Shown: positions 1-13,187, counted from the stretch's first letter. The stretch is DNA of 64,000 nucleotides from Balanoglossus misakiensis (GCA_040954595.2 CM082595.2:9847918-9911917); one strand, 5' to 3'. Notes: generated from the sequence alone by a model not told the origin. Numbers and translations: made by a program.

Positions 1-135
1 ATAAATGGTTCACTTCTCTTGAGGCTTGGGAAAACTTGACAGTATAGGAAAATATAGAATTTTAACATGTGATGATGACAATTTTCTATGGCTTTGTAGG
101 AGTTAAAAATGTTCGGAGTTCCACTAGCAACTTAC

Positions 136-336
136 TTTTCTGAGTCATCGATACCTGTCCAGGATGGAAGGGGTGATGTTACTGCAACACCATTCAAGTA
201 AACTGCCACAATGCCTTCTTCAATTACCATGACAACATTATGCCACGAGTTGTCATCTACTGATACGGTTACACCATTTGTACTGACAGATAGACTTCTG
301 TCCAGGACAAGAAGGGTACTATCAACTTGGGTTAAG
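136..336 (-). CDS. Internal coding exon of a laminin-G/pentraxin (concanavalin-like) domain protein; rest of gene not identified in window
   Basis: Minus-strand acceptor tttcttggcag| and donor |GTAAGT bound a 201 nt phase-2/2 exon: LTQVDSTLLVLDRSLSVSTNGVTVSVDDNSWHNVVMVIEEGIVAVYLNGVAVTSPLPSWTGIDDSE. It has the LamG-type D..WH.V......G....Y.NG pattern. Confidence 0.7.
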
Positions 337-519
337 CTGCCAAGAAATTCAAAACAGAGATTAGACATAAATCGATGCATCAGCTGGTACTTTTGGGAAA
401 TTATCACACTTTTTTCAAACTGCACCACCTTTAGCCCATACAGAAGTATGCACTGAACTATGTACAAGTATTATGAACCCTAAGTATGAGTGCATATGCA
501 AGTTTAAACCAGACAAATA

Positions 520-3500
520 ATAAATCTTCGCCGCAAAGGAATATGGTCGCCACCGTGAGAAAATGCAAAATACAATTAAAGTTGCAAGCAGCGTTGGCGG
601 GGCACAAGCGGTTCCCATGGTAACAAGCAAATGCCAAGGCTGTATCTGCTGTGGATACCAAGATATTGGAAAGTAGGTCAAAGGTCACCTGAGGTCACCC
701 CAAATTTGGGCAAAAAAATCGGACCCCATACTAGTCTAGGTCCAACAAAAACCAAACACCTAGCTCTATTGGTTCGCCTAGAATTAGGTATGCGCATAAT
801 TAATGAGGTCTTGTGTAAGACTCCATATCTGCTCCATCGGCCCTCCAAAAGCCAGGACTCTAACTGCTGTGGATGCTGAGATATGGGAAATTAGATCAAA
901 GGTCATCCAAGGTCACCAAAAATTTGGGCATAAAATGTTGACCCCAGAGTGGGCCATGTCCAACTAAAACCAGACCTCAAGCCCTATTGGTTAGCCTGGA
1001 ATTAGATATGCAGAAAAATGATGTTTCAGAAATAGGTCAAGGGTCATTGCCAAAATTACCAAAATAGTTGTGTCATGTCCTGGCAGCATTGGTACCCATG
1101 TCCACAAAATTCATGACTGTGGTGCTTTTACAAGAGGAGGTATGGGGATATGCATATATAATTAGTTGTTTTAAAACTGGGTCAAAGGTCATGTCAAAAT
1201 TGCCCCGAAAAATTGTAACAACTTCCGGTCATATGATGACTCATATCCAAAAAAAGAATTTACGTGCTGTCAACATTTTGGCTACAAAACAGAATTTTCA
1301 TTTTTCAATGGTTTTCCGAAAATCCAACATGGCCGCCATAATGATCGACCAATCACAGTGCGCTTCGCAAACTTGATAAACATAGGTTAGGTGACCACAT
1401 ACCCCGAATCCTGTGACTCGGCAATCGCTGGTTCTGGAGAAGAAGATTTTTAAAGTTTTAAGTAGTTTTTCAGAAAATCAATTGTAGCAAAAAAACTTTA
1501 TGTGTGACGTCATGATTTCAATGGGGTAAAATGATGGACAGAAGGTAGGCTACCTGTACACCAAATTTGAACTCGATCGGCCCAGTAGTTTTTGAGAAGG
1601 ACTCGTTTAACGATTGTCAGGAAATGCAATATGGCCGCCAGGTCACGTGACTAATTAAATATTCACGAGCCACTGCACGTCTACTCATTGGCCCCTATCA
1701 CCCTACCAAGTTTCAGCCCCCAAGGTGCAGCGGTTTTCCAGATCTACCTGGCCGAATTTCTCGGAAGAAGAAGAATAAGAAGAAGAATTAAAGCTGCAAG
1801 CAGCATTGTCGGGCCCAAGCGCTGATCTCGAATTATATATGCACAGTATGAATGAGAAGAAATATAATTTTCTATCGGGTGTATTATCTCATGACATAAC
1901 AAGGACGTATGTATTTTTGCTGCTGAAATAGGGTGAAGTAGGTCAAAGGTCACCTGAGGTCACCCAACATTTGGGCAATTTTTTTTTTACCCATACTGGT
2001 CCATGTCCAACAAAAACCAAAACTCTAGCTCTATTGGTTCGCCTGTAATTAGGTATGTGCATATTTAATGAGGTCAGCAGGTGTAACAGGTGACCAAAAA
2101 ATGTGCTTTACATTTTGGTCCCATCCTGCCAAATGCCATGGCTGTATCTGCTCTGGATGCTGAGATATGCGAAAGTAGGTCAAAGGTCACCAGAGGTCAC
2201 CCAAAATTTGGGCAAAAATTTTGATCCCATACTGGTCCATGTCCAACAAAAATCAAACCTCTAGCTCTATTGGTTCGCCTGAAATTAGCTATGCACATAA
2301 TTAATGAGGTCAGCAGAGGTCAAAGGGGTCATGAAAAGTAGCAAAATATTTTGATCACACACTAATCCACATTCATCAAAAACCAAACCTCTAGCCCTAT
2401 AGGTTAGCCTGGAATTAGATATGCAGAAATAATAACGCATGATAAGTAGGTCAAAGGTCATGTGAAAAATCACCAAAAAATTGTAGCATATTTTAGTCAC
2501 ATGACGACTGATATCCATAAAAAGAATTTGTATGCTATCAATTTTTAGACTAGAAAAAGGAATTTCAATTTGTCACTGCTTTTTACAAAATCCAATATGG
2601 CCGCCATAATCTTCGACCAATCACAATGCTCTTTGCAAACTTGATAGACATCAGTGTAGTGACCATACTCCCCGAATCTTGCGACTCAGTCATCGGTCGT
2701 TCTGGAGAAGAAGATTTTTGCAGTTTTACTATGGTTTTTCGAAAATCCAATATGGCCGCCATAATCTTCAACCAATCACAATGATCTTCGCAAACTTGAT
2801 AGACATCAGTTAGGTGACCACATACCCCAAACCCCGTGTCTCGGTTATCACTGGTTCTGGAGAAGAAGATTTTTGAAATTAAAGCCAGATTTGAGAAAAA
2901 CAACTGTAGCAAAAAAACTGCAACATTGACAGCAAAATTTCCAATTGCACAAATGATGGGTAGAAGGTAGTCTACCTGCATGCCAAATTTGAAGTCGATC
3001 TGACTTGTAGTTTCTGAGATCTGAGATTTGATTTTTTTCAGAAAATCCAATATGGCCGCCAGGTCACGTGACTAATTAAGTATTCACAAGTCACTGCACA
3101 TCTACTCATTGACCTTGACCACTGTAGCAAGTTTGAGAAGTGTACCTGCAGCGGTGTCTGAGATCTCGTTGCCCAAAGAATTGACACAAGAATAAAGAAA
3201 GAAAGAAAGAAAGAATTAAAGCTGCAAGCAGCATTGTCCGGGCCCAAGCTCTATTATCTGATCTGATGCTGATATAGTGTTAAGTAGATCAAAGGTCACC
3301 CGAGGTCACCCAACATTTAGGCAAAATATTTTGACCCCATACTGGTCCATGTATAACAAAAACAAAACCTCTAGGTCTACTGGTTCATCATTAATTAGGT
3401 ATGTGCATATTTAATGAGGTCAGCAGGGGTCAAAGGGGTCACAAAAAGTAGCAAAATATTTTGATCACACACTAATCCACATACATCAAAAACCAAACTT

Positions 3501-5165
3501 ATAGCCCTATTGGTTAGCCTGGAATTAGATATGCAGAAAAATGATGTGTCAAAAGTAGGTCAAAGGTCATTGCCAAAATTACCAAAATATTTATAGCATA
3601 TTCTTGTCATATGATGATTCATATCCATAAAAAGAATTTCTGTGCTATCAATTTTTAGGCTAGAAAGGGAATTTTTACTTTTTAATCGTTTTTCACAAAA
3701 TCCAATATGGCCGCCATAATCTTCGACCAATCACATTCCTCTTTGCAAACTTGATAGACATCTGTTTAATGACCACACACACCAAATCTTGTGACTCGGT
3801 TATCGCCGGTTCTTGAGAAGAAGATTTTTGAAATTTTACTAAGGTTTTACGAAAATCCAATATGGCCGCCATAATCTTCGACCAATCACAAAGATCTTCG
3901 CAAACTTGATAGACATCAGATAGGTGACTACATACCCCAAACCCCGTGTCTCGGTTATCACCAGTTCTAGAGAAGAAGATTTTTGAAATTTAAGCCAGAT
4001 TTCAGAAAAAAAATTGTAGCAAAAAAACTGCAACATTTACAGCAAAATATCCAATTACAAAAATGATGGGTAGAAGGTAGACTACCTGCACACCAAATTT
4101 GAAGTCGATCTGACTTGTAGTTTCTGAGATCTAAGATTTGCATTTTTTCAGAAAATCCAATATGGCCGCCAGGTCACGTGACCAATTAAAAATTCAAGGG
4201 TTCAATGCACATCTACTCATTGACCTTGACCACTGTAGCAAGTTTCAGAAGTGTACCTGCAGCGGTGTCTGAGATCTAGAGCGACAAAGAATTGACACAA
4301 GAAAAAAGAAAGAAAGAAAGAAAGAAAGACAGAAAAACCCCAACGAAACCAATAGGGCCCAAGCGCTGGCTTGCGCTTGGGCCCTAAAAATTCCATCGAA
4401 ACCAATAGGGCCCAAGCGCTTGCGTGCGCTTGGGCCCTAATTAAAGCTGCGAGCAGCATTGTTGGGCCCAAGCGCTGATCTTAAATTATATATGCACAGT
4501 ATGAATGAGAAGAAACAGAATTTTCTATCGGATGTATTATCTCATGACATAACAATGATGTGTGTATTTTTGCTGCTGAAATAGGGTGAAGTAGGTCAAA
4601 GGTCACCTGAGGTCACCCAACATTTGGGCAATTTTGTTTTACCCATACTGGTCCATGTCCAACAAAAACCAAAACTCTAGCTCTATTGGTTCGCCTGTAA
4701 TTAGGTATGTGCATAATTAATGAGGTCAGCAGAGGTCAAAGGGGTCATGAAAAGTAGCAAAATATTTTGATCACACACTAATCCACATTCATCAAAAACC
4801 AAACCTCTAGCCCTATAGGTTAGCCTGGAATTAGATATGCAGAAATAATAACGCGTGATAATTAGGTCAAAGGTCATGTGAAAAATCGCCAAAAAATTGT
4901 TATATATTTTAGTCACATGACAATTGATATCCATAAAAAGAATTTGTATGCTATCAATTTTTGGACTAGAAAAAGGAATTTCAATTTTTCTCTGTTTTTT
5001 ACAAAATCCAATATGGCCACCATAATCTTCGACCAATCACAATGCTCTTTGCAAACTTGATAGACATCAGTGTAGTGACCATACTCCCCGAATCTTGCGA
5101 CTCAGTCATCGCTCGTTCTGGAGAAGAAGATTTTTGGAGTTTAACTATGGTTTTACAAAAAAACA
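520..5165 (+). mobile_element. Tandem array of non-autonomous Helentron/DINE-1-like (HINE) elements
   Basis: Unit start AATTAAAG(C/T)TGC(A/G)AGCAGC recurs at ~574, 1786, 3214 and 4439. Internal sub-repeats (AGGTCAAAGGTCA, CCAATATGGCCGCC). (GAA)n/(GAAA)n tracts at unit ends. GC-rich terminal hairpins TAGGGCCCAAGCGC-loop-GCGCTTGGGCCCTA at 4353-4386 and 4406-4439. Confidence 0.7.
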
Positions 5166-6713
5166 ATAAACCCGCTGTACCTCCGCATGTCTCCACAAGA
5201 GCTAGGAGCTCAAAATCGGTCGGACGCAGACCAGCGGTCTGTCAGGTGTAGTAACCGTAACACCAATAAAGGTAGGTTTTCATTGATTCTAATAGGTCTC
5301 CGTTCATCAACATTTCAAATATTCTCCATAATCCAGTAGTTGCCACTGTACTTGAATGAAATATTTCCTTTCAAACTTCCAAATGGTAACCGAATCTCAA
5401 ATCGCAAATCTTTCCATTTTAATAACGAAGTCGGATGCCGAAATTACCAACTCACTTTTTCTATCGGACTCCATCATTCTAATACTTTACTTCAATGTTC
5501 AAAAATTGTGTAAAACAATATCCACTCTCAATCTATATTTCAGGTTTAACGGCGTAATGGCATCCCTGGCCTTTGCTCTATCATAGAGGCAAATGGTATT
5601 ATCTCTTCCAGTGGAAAAGTTGCGGAGCTGTACGTATTCTCCCTTCTATAATCTGTTCAGCCACTTCGGATTTTCTTTCCAGAATTTAAGTTCCAGAACG
5701 TTGCCATCGTGCTGCATACAAGGCACGCTAAACAGTTTCCCGTTGGCGGAATTCCGGATCTCGACATCCTCCATGACGCGCAATTTCACAGCCATGCCTT
5801 GGCTGGTTGCAGATGATGGAGCTAAGGTACGTAACAATCGCACCCCGAAACGCCTGGGCCCTTTTTTGTGTGTAGTCATTGTGGGTATGTTAACCTCCCA
5901 TGTCCTTCATTTTTAGAAATTTAGTATACAAAACTGGATGACCGATTATGTTTTAGAGACCTTTCCCGGCTCCACCTGAAGCCCAGTCGGAATGTCTTGG
6001 GATGTAACCTAAATTCAATATGGCCGCCTCCATGCGTTCACTTGCATTTGAAAATACGTTGATTTTATCGTCGATTAGCGGTGTTTATTCTCAGTATCAA
6101 TTTAAACGCGGCACTCGCTCACAAGTCATATTCTAGAAAGAAAGAAAAAATGATAGTTTCGAGTACAGATTACATGTATTTTAAAACGAGGTTTGGTAAC
6201 AATGGTATCACTACTAAATGACTTACAATCGATGTTTTTAATTGTCTTTGCACCACAGTATGAATCCGGTGATGGTAAATCGCATTCAACTTAGAAGGCA
6301 TGGAGAAAGCGCAACTGATGGTAACTGGGATGCCAAACTGAAACTTTTGGGAGAGAAAACCTTGCCATGTACGGACGTGGGTGTCACAGTTAAACTTGGG
6401 TTAAATACTACAGCGACAACCGAAGTCCCGTTGAGATATGATATGTGGTAGTGCATGTCCACATGAGTGCCGTGTACTAGCCTCTCTCTCTGTAAATCCA
6501 TCCAGGCTACTGCTTTCTGTACATTGGAGAGAAATGAGAACAAAATGGTTAAATCATATTTTGTATAAGATGGTGTTGACGAAAATAAGATGCATGTGAA
6601 TTGTAGGACTGAAATGTTTCTGTAATGAATACTAAATTAAAAGTTCACAACTTGCATGCAGATAGTAAGTGCTGGGGAAGTTGCAGGGTGGAGATTGCTT
6701 TGGTTTAGTTAAC

Positions 6714-6864
6714 TTACTCAATCTTTGTGACTGTTGCATTTCTTGATTGATAGAGTAGTGTACATGCATTGGCAGGTTTTCTAATATGGCCTCCTCTGTA
6801 CCCAAGGTCTGGCATAAGGTGGGACACTGTAAGTATTTGCCGTCTGACACAGAAGATGCCACTT
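6714..6864 (-). CDS. Terminal exon 6 of OB-fold gene (SGIFCVRRQILTVSHL...RNATVTKIE*)
   Basis: Strong acceptor tatttttttctag|. Phase 2 completes GA|A; open to TAA at 6714-6716. The middle may be frameshifted (alternative frame LGTEEAILENLPMHVHYSI). Confidence 0.5.
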
Positions 6865-6973
6865 CTAGAAAAAAATAAGAAGGACAGAATGTGATTGGTA
6901 AGACACAGAGACGTGAACATGTACACAAAATGATAGGAAATTGGTGGAAGCAAGTACTGCAGTTAATACTTAC

Positions 6974-7038
6974 TCATCTATGTCTATTCCCTCAAATATC
7001 CCTTCTACCATATCATCACCATTTGGTTCTTTTAACAC
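6974..7038 (-). CDS. Exon 5 of OB-fold gene (VLKEPNGDDMVEGIFEGIDID-GA), inside the inverted block
   Basis: Acceptor ttttccctaag| and donor |GTAAGT. 65 nt, phase 0 in and phase 2 out, matching the exon 4 end and exon 6 start. Confidence 0.6.
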
Positions 7039-8226
7039 CTTAGGGAAAAATTGAGAGTTACATTAGAAGCACCGACAATAGGAGGGGAGGGGGGTAAGGT
7101 TTGCAGAGAACAAGTTTTTTTTATGAACATTTGTGAAAATCAGAAATTAGTGACATGTAGGATTTCAATTTTATGATGTAACATTGTTTTCTTTTCAACA
7201 TCAGTTCTCTGAGTAAAAAGATGGCCATGTAAATTTTCTCTAAGTTTGTTAGAGAAATAAAGTACATGTACAACTTTAATGTTTCACTAATTGAGTTTCA
7301 GTGTTCTTGTATTGTCTCCTTTGCCCCATGTCAACCTCAAAGTAAATATCAAATTTGCCATTTTTGACTTATTTGTCCTTGTAGTGGGCCACATAGCATT
7401 TTAGTGCAACTTATGAAAATCTGAAGAACCAAATGCCTAATTTACCCACTCTGCACAGATTTATGTCAATGGTACTGACTTGATGATCGGTATAGCGCCC
7501 TCTGTGGTAGGGGGTGGGGGGTTAACCTAGCCTTTATATGTTTATCCCTGTCCGGTTCCATTCCAATTGTATCTATGGTAACCTTATTATCAGCAGTAAA
7601 TGCCACAATTGTAAAACAGCAATAAGTTTAGTATCAAGCACTCTGTGGAATTAAATATACCCTGTGTTTTCTTTGATTCCCATTAGTAATCATGCAACTT
7701 TGCCATTTTGGGCCTTCTGATTTGCTGTATGTGCTCACTAGTCCTTCCCAACGTCTCTGAATTAGAAGGCCATTGTCATTTGTATAGTGTAGACACATTT
7801 CATTTTAGTACAACTGATGAAAGTCTCGTGAAAAACCAAATGCTTAATTTACCCACTGTGAAAAGATTATCTGAATGATATTGTGTTGATCGTCATATAG
7901 TATAGCGCCCTCTGCGATAGTATTTGGATGATTGTGCCAGGGAGAAGGGGGTACTGAGGGAGCAGATGCAGATGACAGCAAGGCATATCCACTGAACAAT
8001 GAGACGGTACGTGTTGTCAGCATTCAGGGAGAGTAAAAAGGGGAGCGCAAGAGACCAGGATGAAGAGACGAGCAGTATTGCATCATCTGTGGAAATAAAT
8101 GCCAAGAGAAGGTAAGTGTGGAAGACAAGCACTTAGGGGTTATAAACAAATGTTTTTTTGTGGACAGTTTTAGTATCAAGCATTGTGGAATTAAATATAC
8201 ACAGTGTGTGTTGTGTGTTAGATAGG

Positions 8227-8246
8227 TACATACATACATACATACA

Positions 8247-8280
<34 letters not shown>

Positions 8281-8541
8281 CATACATACATACATACATA
8301 CATACATGCATGCATACATAGATACATAGATACATGCATACATGCATACATGCATACATGCATACATGCATACATGCATACATGCATACATACATACATG
8401 CATACATGCATACATGCATACATGCATACATGCATACATACATACATGCATACATGCATACATGCATGCATGCATGCATGCATGCATACATACATACATA
8501 CATACATACATACATACATACATACATACATACATACATAC
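8227..8541 (+). repeat. Compound (TACA)n/(TGCA)n microsatellite
   Basis: Directly visible; produces the spurious MYVC/HTYI ORFs. Confidence 0.97.
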
Positions 8542-8576
8542 ATGGAAAACACACAGCAAATGGACTCCTTTTTTAT

Positions 8577-8650
8577 CATCCTCACCAGGAATCGAACCAG
8601 GATCCCTTATCACAAAGTGACAAGTGCGTTAACCATTACGCCATGAGGAT
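8577..8650 (-). ncRNA. tRNA-like cloverleaf (pseudo-tRNA or tRNA-derived SINE head)
   Basis: Acceptor stem ATCCTCA/TGAGGAT. D arm GCGT-AATGGTTA-ACGC. T arm with GGTTCGATTCC (B box). Anticodon arm CTTGT-CACTTTGTG-ATAAG has an abnormal 9 nt self-pairing loop. Confidence 0.7.
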
Positions 8651-8862
8651 TGTTTTATCTCCACTAACTGCCAACACACTGTCCAATTGCACATTCACTC
8701 ACTGACATATTCAACACACCAGTTTTTTTATTTCAATAAAAATTCACAAATGCATGTGAGAAATAACAGAGAGTCAGAAATTGGCATCCACAGGAGTTAC
8801 TGCATTGCTATATGGTATTATAGAGCAGCCAATGCAGTCTAACACTTTTATTAGCTTATTAA

Positions 8863-9165
8863 AGGCAGAAAGTCTCTTTGCTGCCCTTTTTTAATAATTA
8901 TGTGTGATACAAGAGACTGTTGATGTGGATATATAGTGAATCAACGTTCGACCACACACAGCTTCCATCCCGTTTGTAGGATATGACAGTAAAAACTCGC
9001 CCAAAATGAATAAATGGTAAAGACCAATTATTCATTTTGGCAAGATTTTTCACTCTCGTGTCTACAAGCAGTGTGTGTTGTTGAATGTTGATTCACTATA
9101 TATCCACATGTACATTAACATAAATGGTGTCTTGCATCAAACATAATTAATGGAAAAGGGTCCCT
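8863..9165. mobile_element. Palindromic MITE, Kolobok-like (TTAA|AGG...CCT|TTAA)
   Basis: ATGTGGATATATAGTGAATCAAC (~8923) pairs with GTTGATTCACTATATATCCACAT (~9087). Inner CCAAAATGAATAA/TTATTCATTTTGG. TTAA on both flanks. Confidence 0.55.
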
Positions 9166-10414
9166 TTAATTTATATACTTATCAAATTGTAAGCTAACCA
9201 ATATGGTTAGAAGTCCGATTTGCTTGGACGTGAACCAATATGATCTATCAAAATTTTCTGGTAAAAGTTTGAGTAACTATAACGTGTGCTTTCACCTTTT
9301 TTCATCATGTTGCTTGGGCCCTGACAATGCTGCTTTATAGCTACTACAGGATTAGATTACTTCCATTTGGCAGTAGCATATAAGTGTAATGGTGTAGAAA
9401 GTTTATCCTGTTTACTGAAAGAGGAATTGCAAGAGAAACCATGTGTTATAAAAAAAAACTAGAAGATATTAAATAGCCTTAGTAAACATTTCCCAGAAAC
9501 ATTTCAATGAACAGTTACCATAATGTACTTTACATTAGAGTCAGAGGTGACTAAAAGGCTAATATTGTCATTTGTGAAATGTACACAATTGTATTTATAT
9601 TGTCGGTGAACTGTTTAGCTGTGTTGTCAGTTATGTTGAGCTTATTAGATTGGGTGATTGTCTTATTGGGTGAGTGGTGTCACTGTCTGTCACTTTTCTT
9701 TACTGAAACCACGGGGCCAATTACTTTGAAATTTAGTATGCAGGTTCCTAGGGTGAAGTTGGTAGAGTTTATGTAAATTGTGGTGAAATGTGTAATTTTT
9801 GATCAATTTTAGTTGTGTTTAGTTAAATTCTTTGTACAATTACTTTGAAATTTAGTGTGTAGGTCCTTGGGGTTGATTTTACTGGAATTTGCTCAATTTG
9901 TGACAGAATGTGGAATATGTTATTTCGGAAGCAATTGCTTGTTTGGTCTTTTTTATTTCATAAACCAGATACTGTGATTGTTTTTCTGTTCTTTTTTGTA
10001 TGTGTGTCTATTTTCACAATTGAAATAAATTAATATAAGGCTATATAAAATAAATTGGTGTTTTATGCTTTTTGTGTAAGTATGAATGTATGTATGTGTG
10101 TAAGAAGATTGATATTGTTTGTATGGTTGATATCAGATATCATATGTCTTATAGTGAGAAAGAAACCACTACACAATCCCTAGTAGTATTTGTGGTAATA
10201 TATCTGTTTTGAGAATATAGCCCATTAGTATATTGTAGTCTTTGTACAACTTTTCTTCAAAATGTGTTATATGAACAAATAAAATATGGCAAGAAGATGA
10301 ATTGTTTCGAAGAATGAATCATAATAAACAGTAGAATTTGGTCAATTTTTGTTCAGGCATAATGAAATAGCTTGTACATGAGCTTGCACGACGGTATTTG
10401 GTCAATACAGGGCG

Positions 10415-10663
10415 CATGCATGTATGTATGTATGTATGTATGTATGTATGTATGTATGTATGTATGTATGTATGTATGTATGTATGTATGTATGTATGTA
10501 TGTATGTATGTATGTATGTATGCATGCATGCATGCATGCATGCATGCATGCATGCATGCATGCATGCATGCATGCATGTATGTATGTATGTATGTATGTA
10601 TGTATGTATGTATGTATGTATGTATGTATGTATGTATGTATGTATGTATGTATGTATGTATGT
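10415..10663 (+). repeat. Compound (TATG)n/(CATG)n microsatellite
   Basis: Directly visible. Its flank 10660-10698 is the reverse complement of 8193-8230. Confidence 0.97.
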
Positions 10664-13113
10664 ACCTATCTAACACACAACACACACTGTGTATATTTGT
10701 TGGGCATTTTGGTTTTCTACCACATATCTCAGTAGTTTCCATGCCATAGTGACTCTTCAGTTTTACATAATGATATCCAATATAACCCAATCTACTATTA
10801 ATGCGATTTTTTTTTTCATTTTGATTGTGGAAATGGTTAAAAATGAAAAACATCTGAATTTGTACTTTAATAAATATAAGCTATATAGTATTTTAAAATG
10901 GTCATAAATTTATGTTAACATGGCAAAACATGTTTTAGTGTTTATGTATACTTGTTTAATATAGAGAAATAATTGTACAAATAAAATGACAACTTACTTT
11001 TGCTTTTAAAAATAATTAAAAATGGTAATGTTTCTTGAGATATACCAGGGTTTCTAGAATATAGAGGGCGCTGGCACGGGAACATTTGATGGTTGTCCCC
11101 AATACAACATTCTGGTATCATGTTTTATCATCTGTGGACATTTGGCAGCGATATCCAACAAGATGTGCATAAAATCCCGAGAAGGTCTTCTCGTTGTATT
11201 GCTTCTTGAGATATTGAAACTGTCTTGAATCCCAACGCGAATGTGATGGTGATGCGAATGTTGTTGCACGTAGTCACATCCGAAAACGAATCAAGTGCTC
11301 TTGTTGTTCAGCAGCTGAATATAGGTTAGTGGGATATGTGTATATTCTCGTGGTTATTTTTAATGAGTATAAATGACAGAATCGGTGGTTTGAACGTGTA
11401 AGAGTTGATGGTATTGGTTATGTAGTTGTGTTTTATCCAATGGTAGTGTGATTTTAATTGTGTATGAGGCGATGGCAGTTTTTATCAGGCTTTTTTTATT
11501 TTCGTGTCGAGCGACATCCAATATGGCGGTTGTCGTTATATACTGAAAGGGTTTCGTTTGTATGCATGTTTTGGCAAATTGTATATATGTTAAGATGGTG
11601 AAGTTTGCTTGAAGGAATAGAAACATCAGAGGCTGGGTACATCGGAGTTTCTATTTCATTCCATACAAGTTGAAATTAAGCTTATTTTTGGAGTGTATAC
11701 AGGTACATATGATTATTTAGAAACGGTTTTAGGCAAGTGAATCTGCTGAATTCGGGCGATCGGTCTTGTATCGTGTGTATGAAACGTACAAGCAGTGGTA
11801 GGATATTATTTTGGGATGTGTACTTCAATAGTTTCCATGTCTCTTATATGTATTTGTCAAAAAATAAACAGTAGTAAAAATGGATTGTATTTTCCATTAT
11901 TTTTTCTGTTAATATTGTATGTTTACATGACCAAAAGCCTTAAGGTTTTCATTGGAATTTATATCAGGGTAATCAATTTGTTTTTGATAATTATTTGCTT
12001 CAAATATGGAACAATCTGTGTGAGTACATAACAGAAACATTGCTAGATAATTTGACATTTGAATTGTTCGTAAGAATGTGAGGACAAGCATAGAATTGGC
12101 CAAATTATGCTGGTGACCACTCTGTTTAGTGTGTATGCTTTCTAGTCGTGACAGGCATGTTAAAAACATAGACAATGAAATCTGGTTGGAGCATGAAAAG
12201 TAGAGTTGACTTGTTAACATATTTTGATGCCATGAAACCATTTTGTGGACAGGACAATTTATGTGACCAAGAATTGATTTTCTGAATATCACAAGGTTGA
12301 TAGTGAATTCATTGTAATTTGTTGTCCTGTTTAAGTAGTGGGGTTATTGTAAAAAAATCATCATTCGCTATCTTGTACTTGGAGTGATGTCATCTCGACA
12401 TTGATACATTATGGCTATTGAGAGGTGCGTGTTATGCAGGCAAGTGTATATCTTGATGTACTTGTTTAAATACACAATTATACTTAATGATTTAATTTAA
12501 AAGTTTTGTTTATTTTCTTGACAGTTTTGGCTACCAAAGAGTTCTCAAGGTGAGTGTTGGTGTACATCAGTGCAAAGTATCATGTACAAACTAAGAGATC
12601 AACACACTCAATTGTGTATTGTGTCGTGTACGAATTAGTTTCGTAAATCATTTGTAGATAACGTGTTTAGTTTTGTGGTAAGTGACACTGAGGTTTCAGA
12701 TCGGATAGGATGATTGTCCAGTGCCATGCATTGTGTGTTAACATGTGAAAGCACTAGCCTAATTTGTTTGAAATTTGGTATTCAGGGATGATGTAAGAAA
12801 AAATAATTTTAACAGTTCATAGAATCAGTGTTTATTAATACTTCAAAAAGGTATGTGACTTGAATGTGTGCAGTACATCATTGTGCTATGTGGTGTTAAC
12901 ACCATTGAATAGTGCCATTACTTACAGCAATCTTACAGCAATGGCTTCAGTAAAAATTTGAGTATGATTTGTGTGATTCCTGATACCCCTGTCTTGTCAT
13001 TTGTGATGTTTTACTGTGTACTTTTTGAAATAAAGAAACTGGTGTGTTAGTTGAATATGTCAGTGAGTGAATGTGCAATTGGACAGTGTGTTGGCAGTTA
13101 GTGGAGATAAAAA

Positions 13114-13187
13114 ATCCTCATGGTGTAATGGTTAACACACTTGTCACTTTGTGATAAGAGATCCAGGTTCGATAACTGGTGGGGATG
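13114..13187 (+). ncRNA. Second tRNA-like cloverleaf copy
   Basis: ATCCTCATGGTGTAATGGTTAACACACTTGTCACTTTGTGATAAGAGATCCAGGTTCGATAACTGGTGGGGATG; A-box and B-box-like motifs. Confidence 0.65.

Larger units (their letters stand above)
5169..7185 (+). pseudogene. OB-fold gene copy 1: exon 1/intron 1 forward, exon 2 inverted (5571-5806), exon 3 absent, degenerate exon 4 forward (6259-6430), exons 5-6 inverted
   Basis: Compared with copy 3 (21640-22919) and copy 2. The inverted exon 2 has an in-frame stop (NRL*). Exon 4 is frameshifted and its donor is mutated (CCGTTGAGA vs CCGGTGAGA). Confidence 0.75.
5169..8735 (+). repeat. Left arm of fold-back 1 (inverted partner ~13020-20002)
   Basis: CCCGCTGTACCTCCGCATGTCTCCACAAGAGCTAGGAGCTC at 5171 is the reverse complement of ~19960-20000. 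Colinear reverse-complement matches: 5570-6440 to 18110-19018, 7190-7560 to 16400-16760, 8560-8735 to 13020-13210. Confidence 0.9.

Noticed and set aside
7812-7840. Hammerhead-like CTGATGA...GAAA
   Set aside because: No stem II between the motifs, and GAAA is not conserved in the other repeat units.
8024-10853. Many 80-176 aa ORFs (MYVC/HTYI repeats)
   Set aside because: Translations of tetranucleotide microsatellites.
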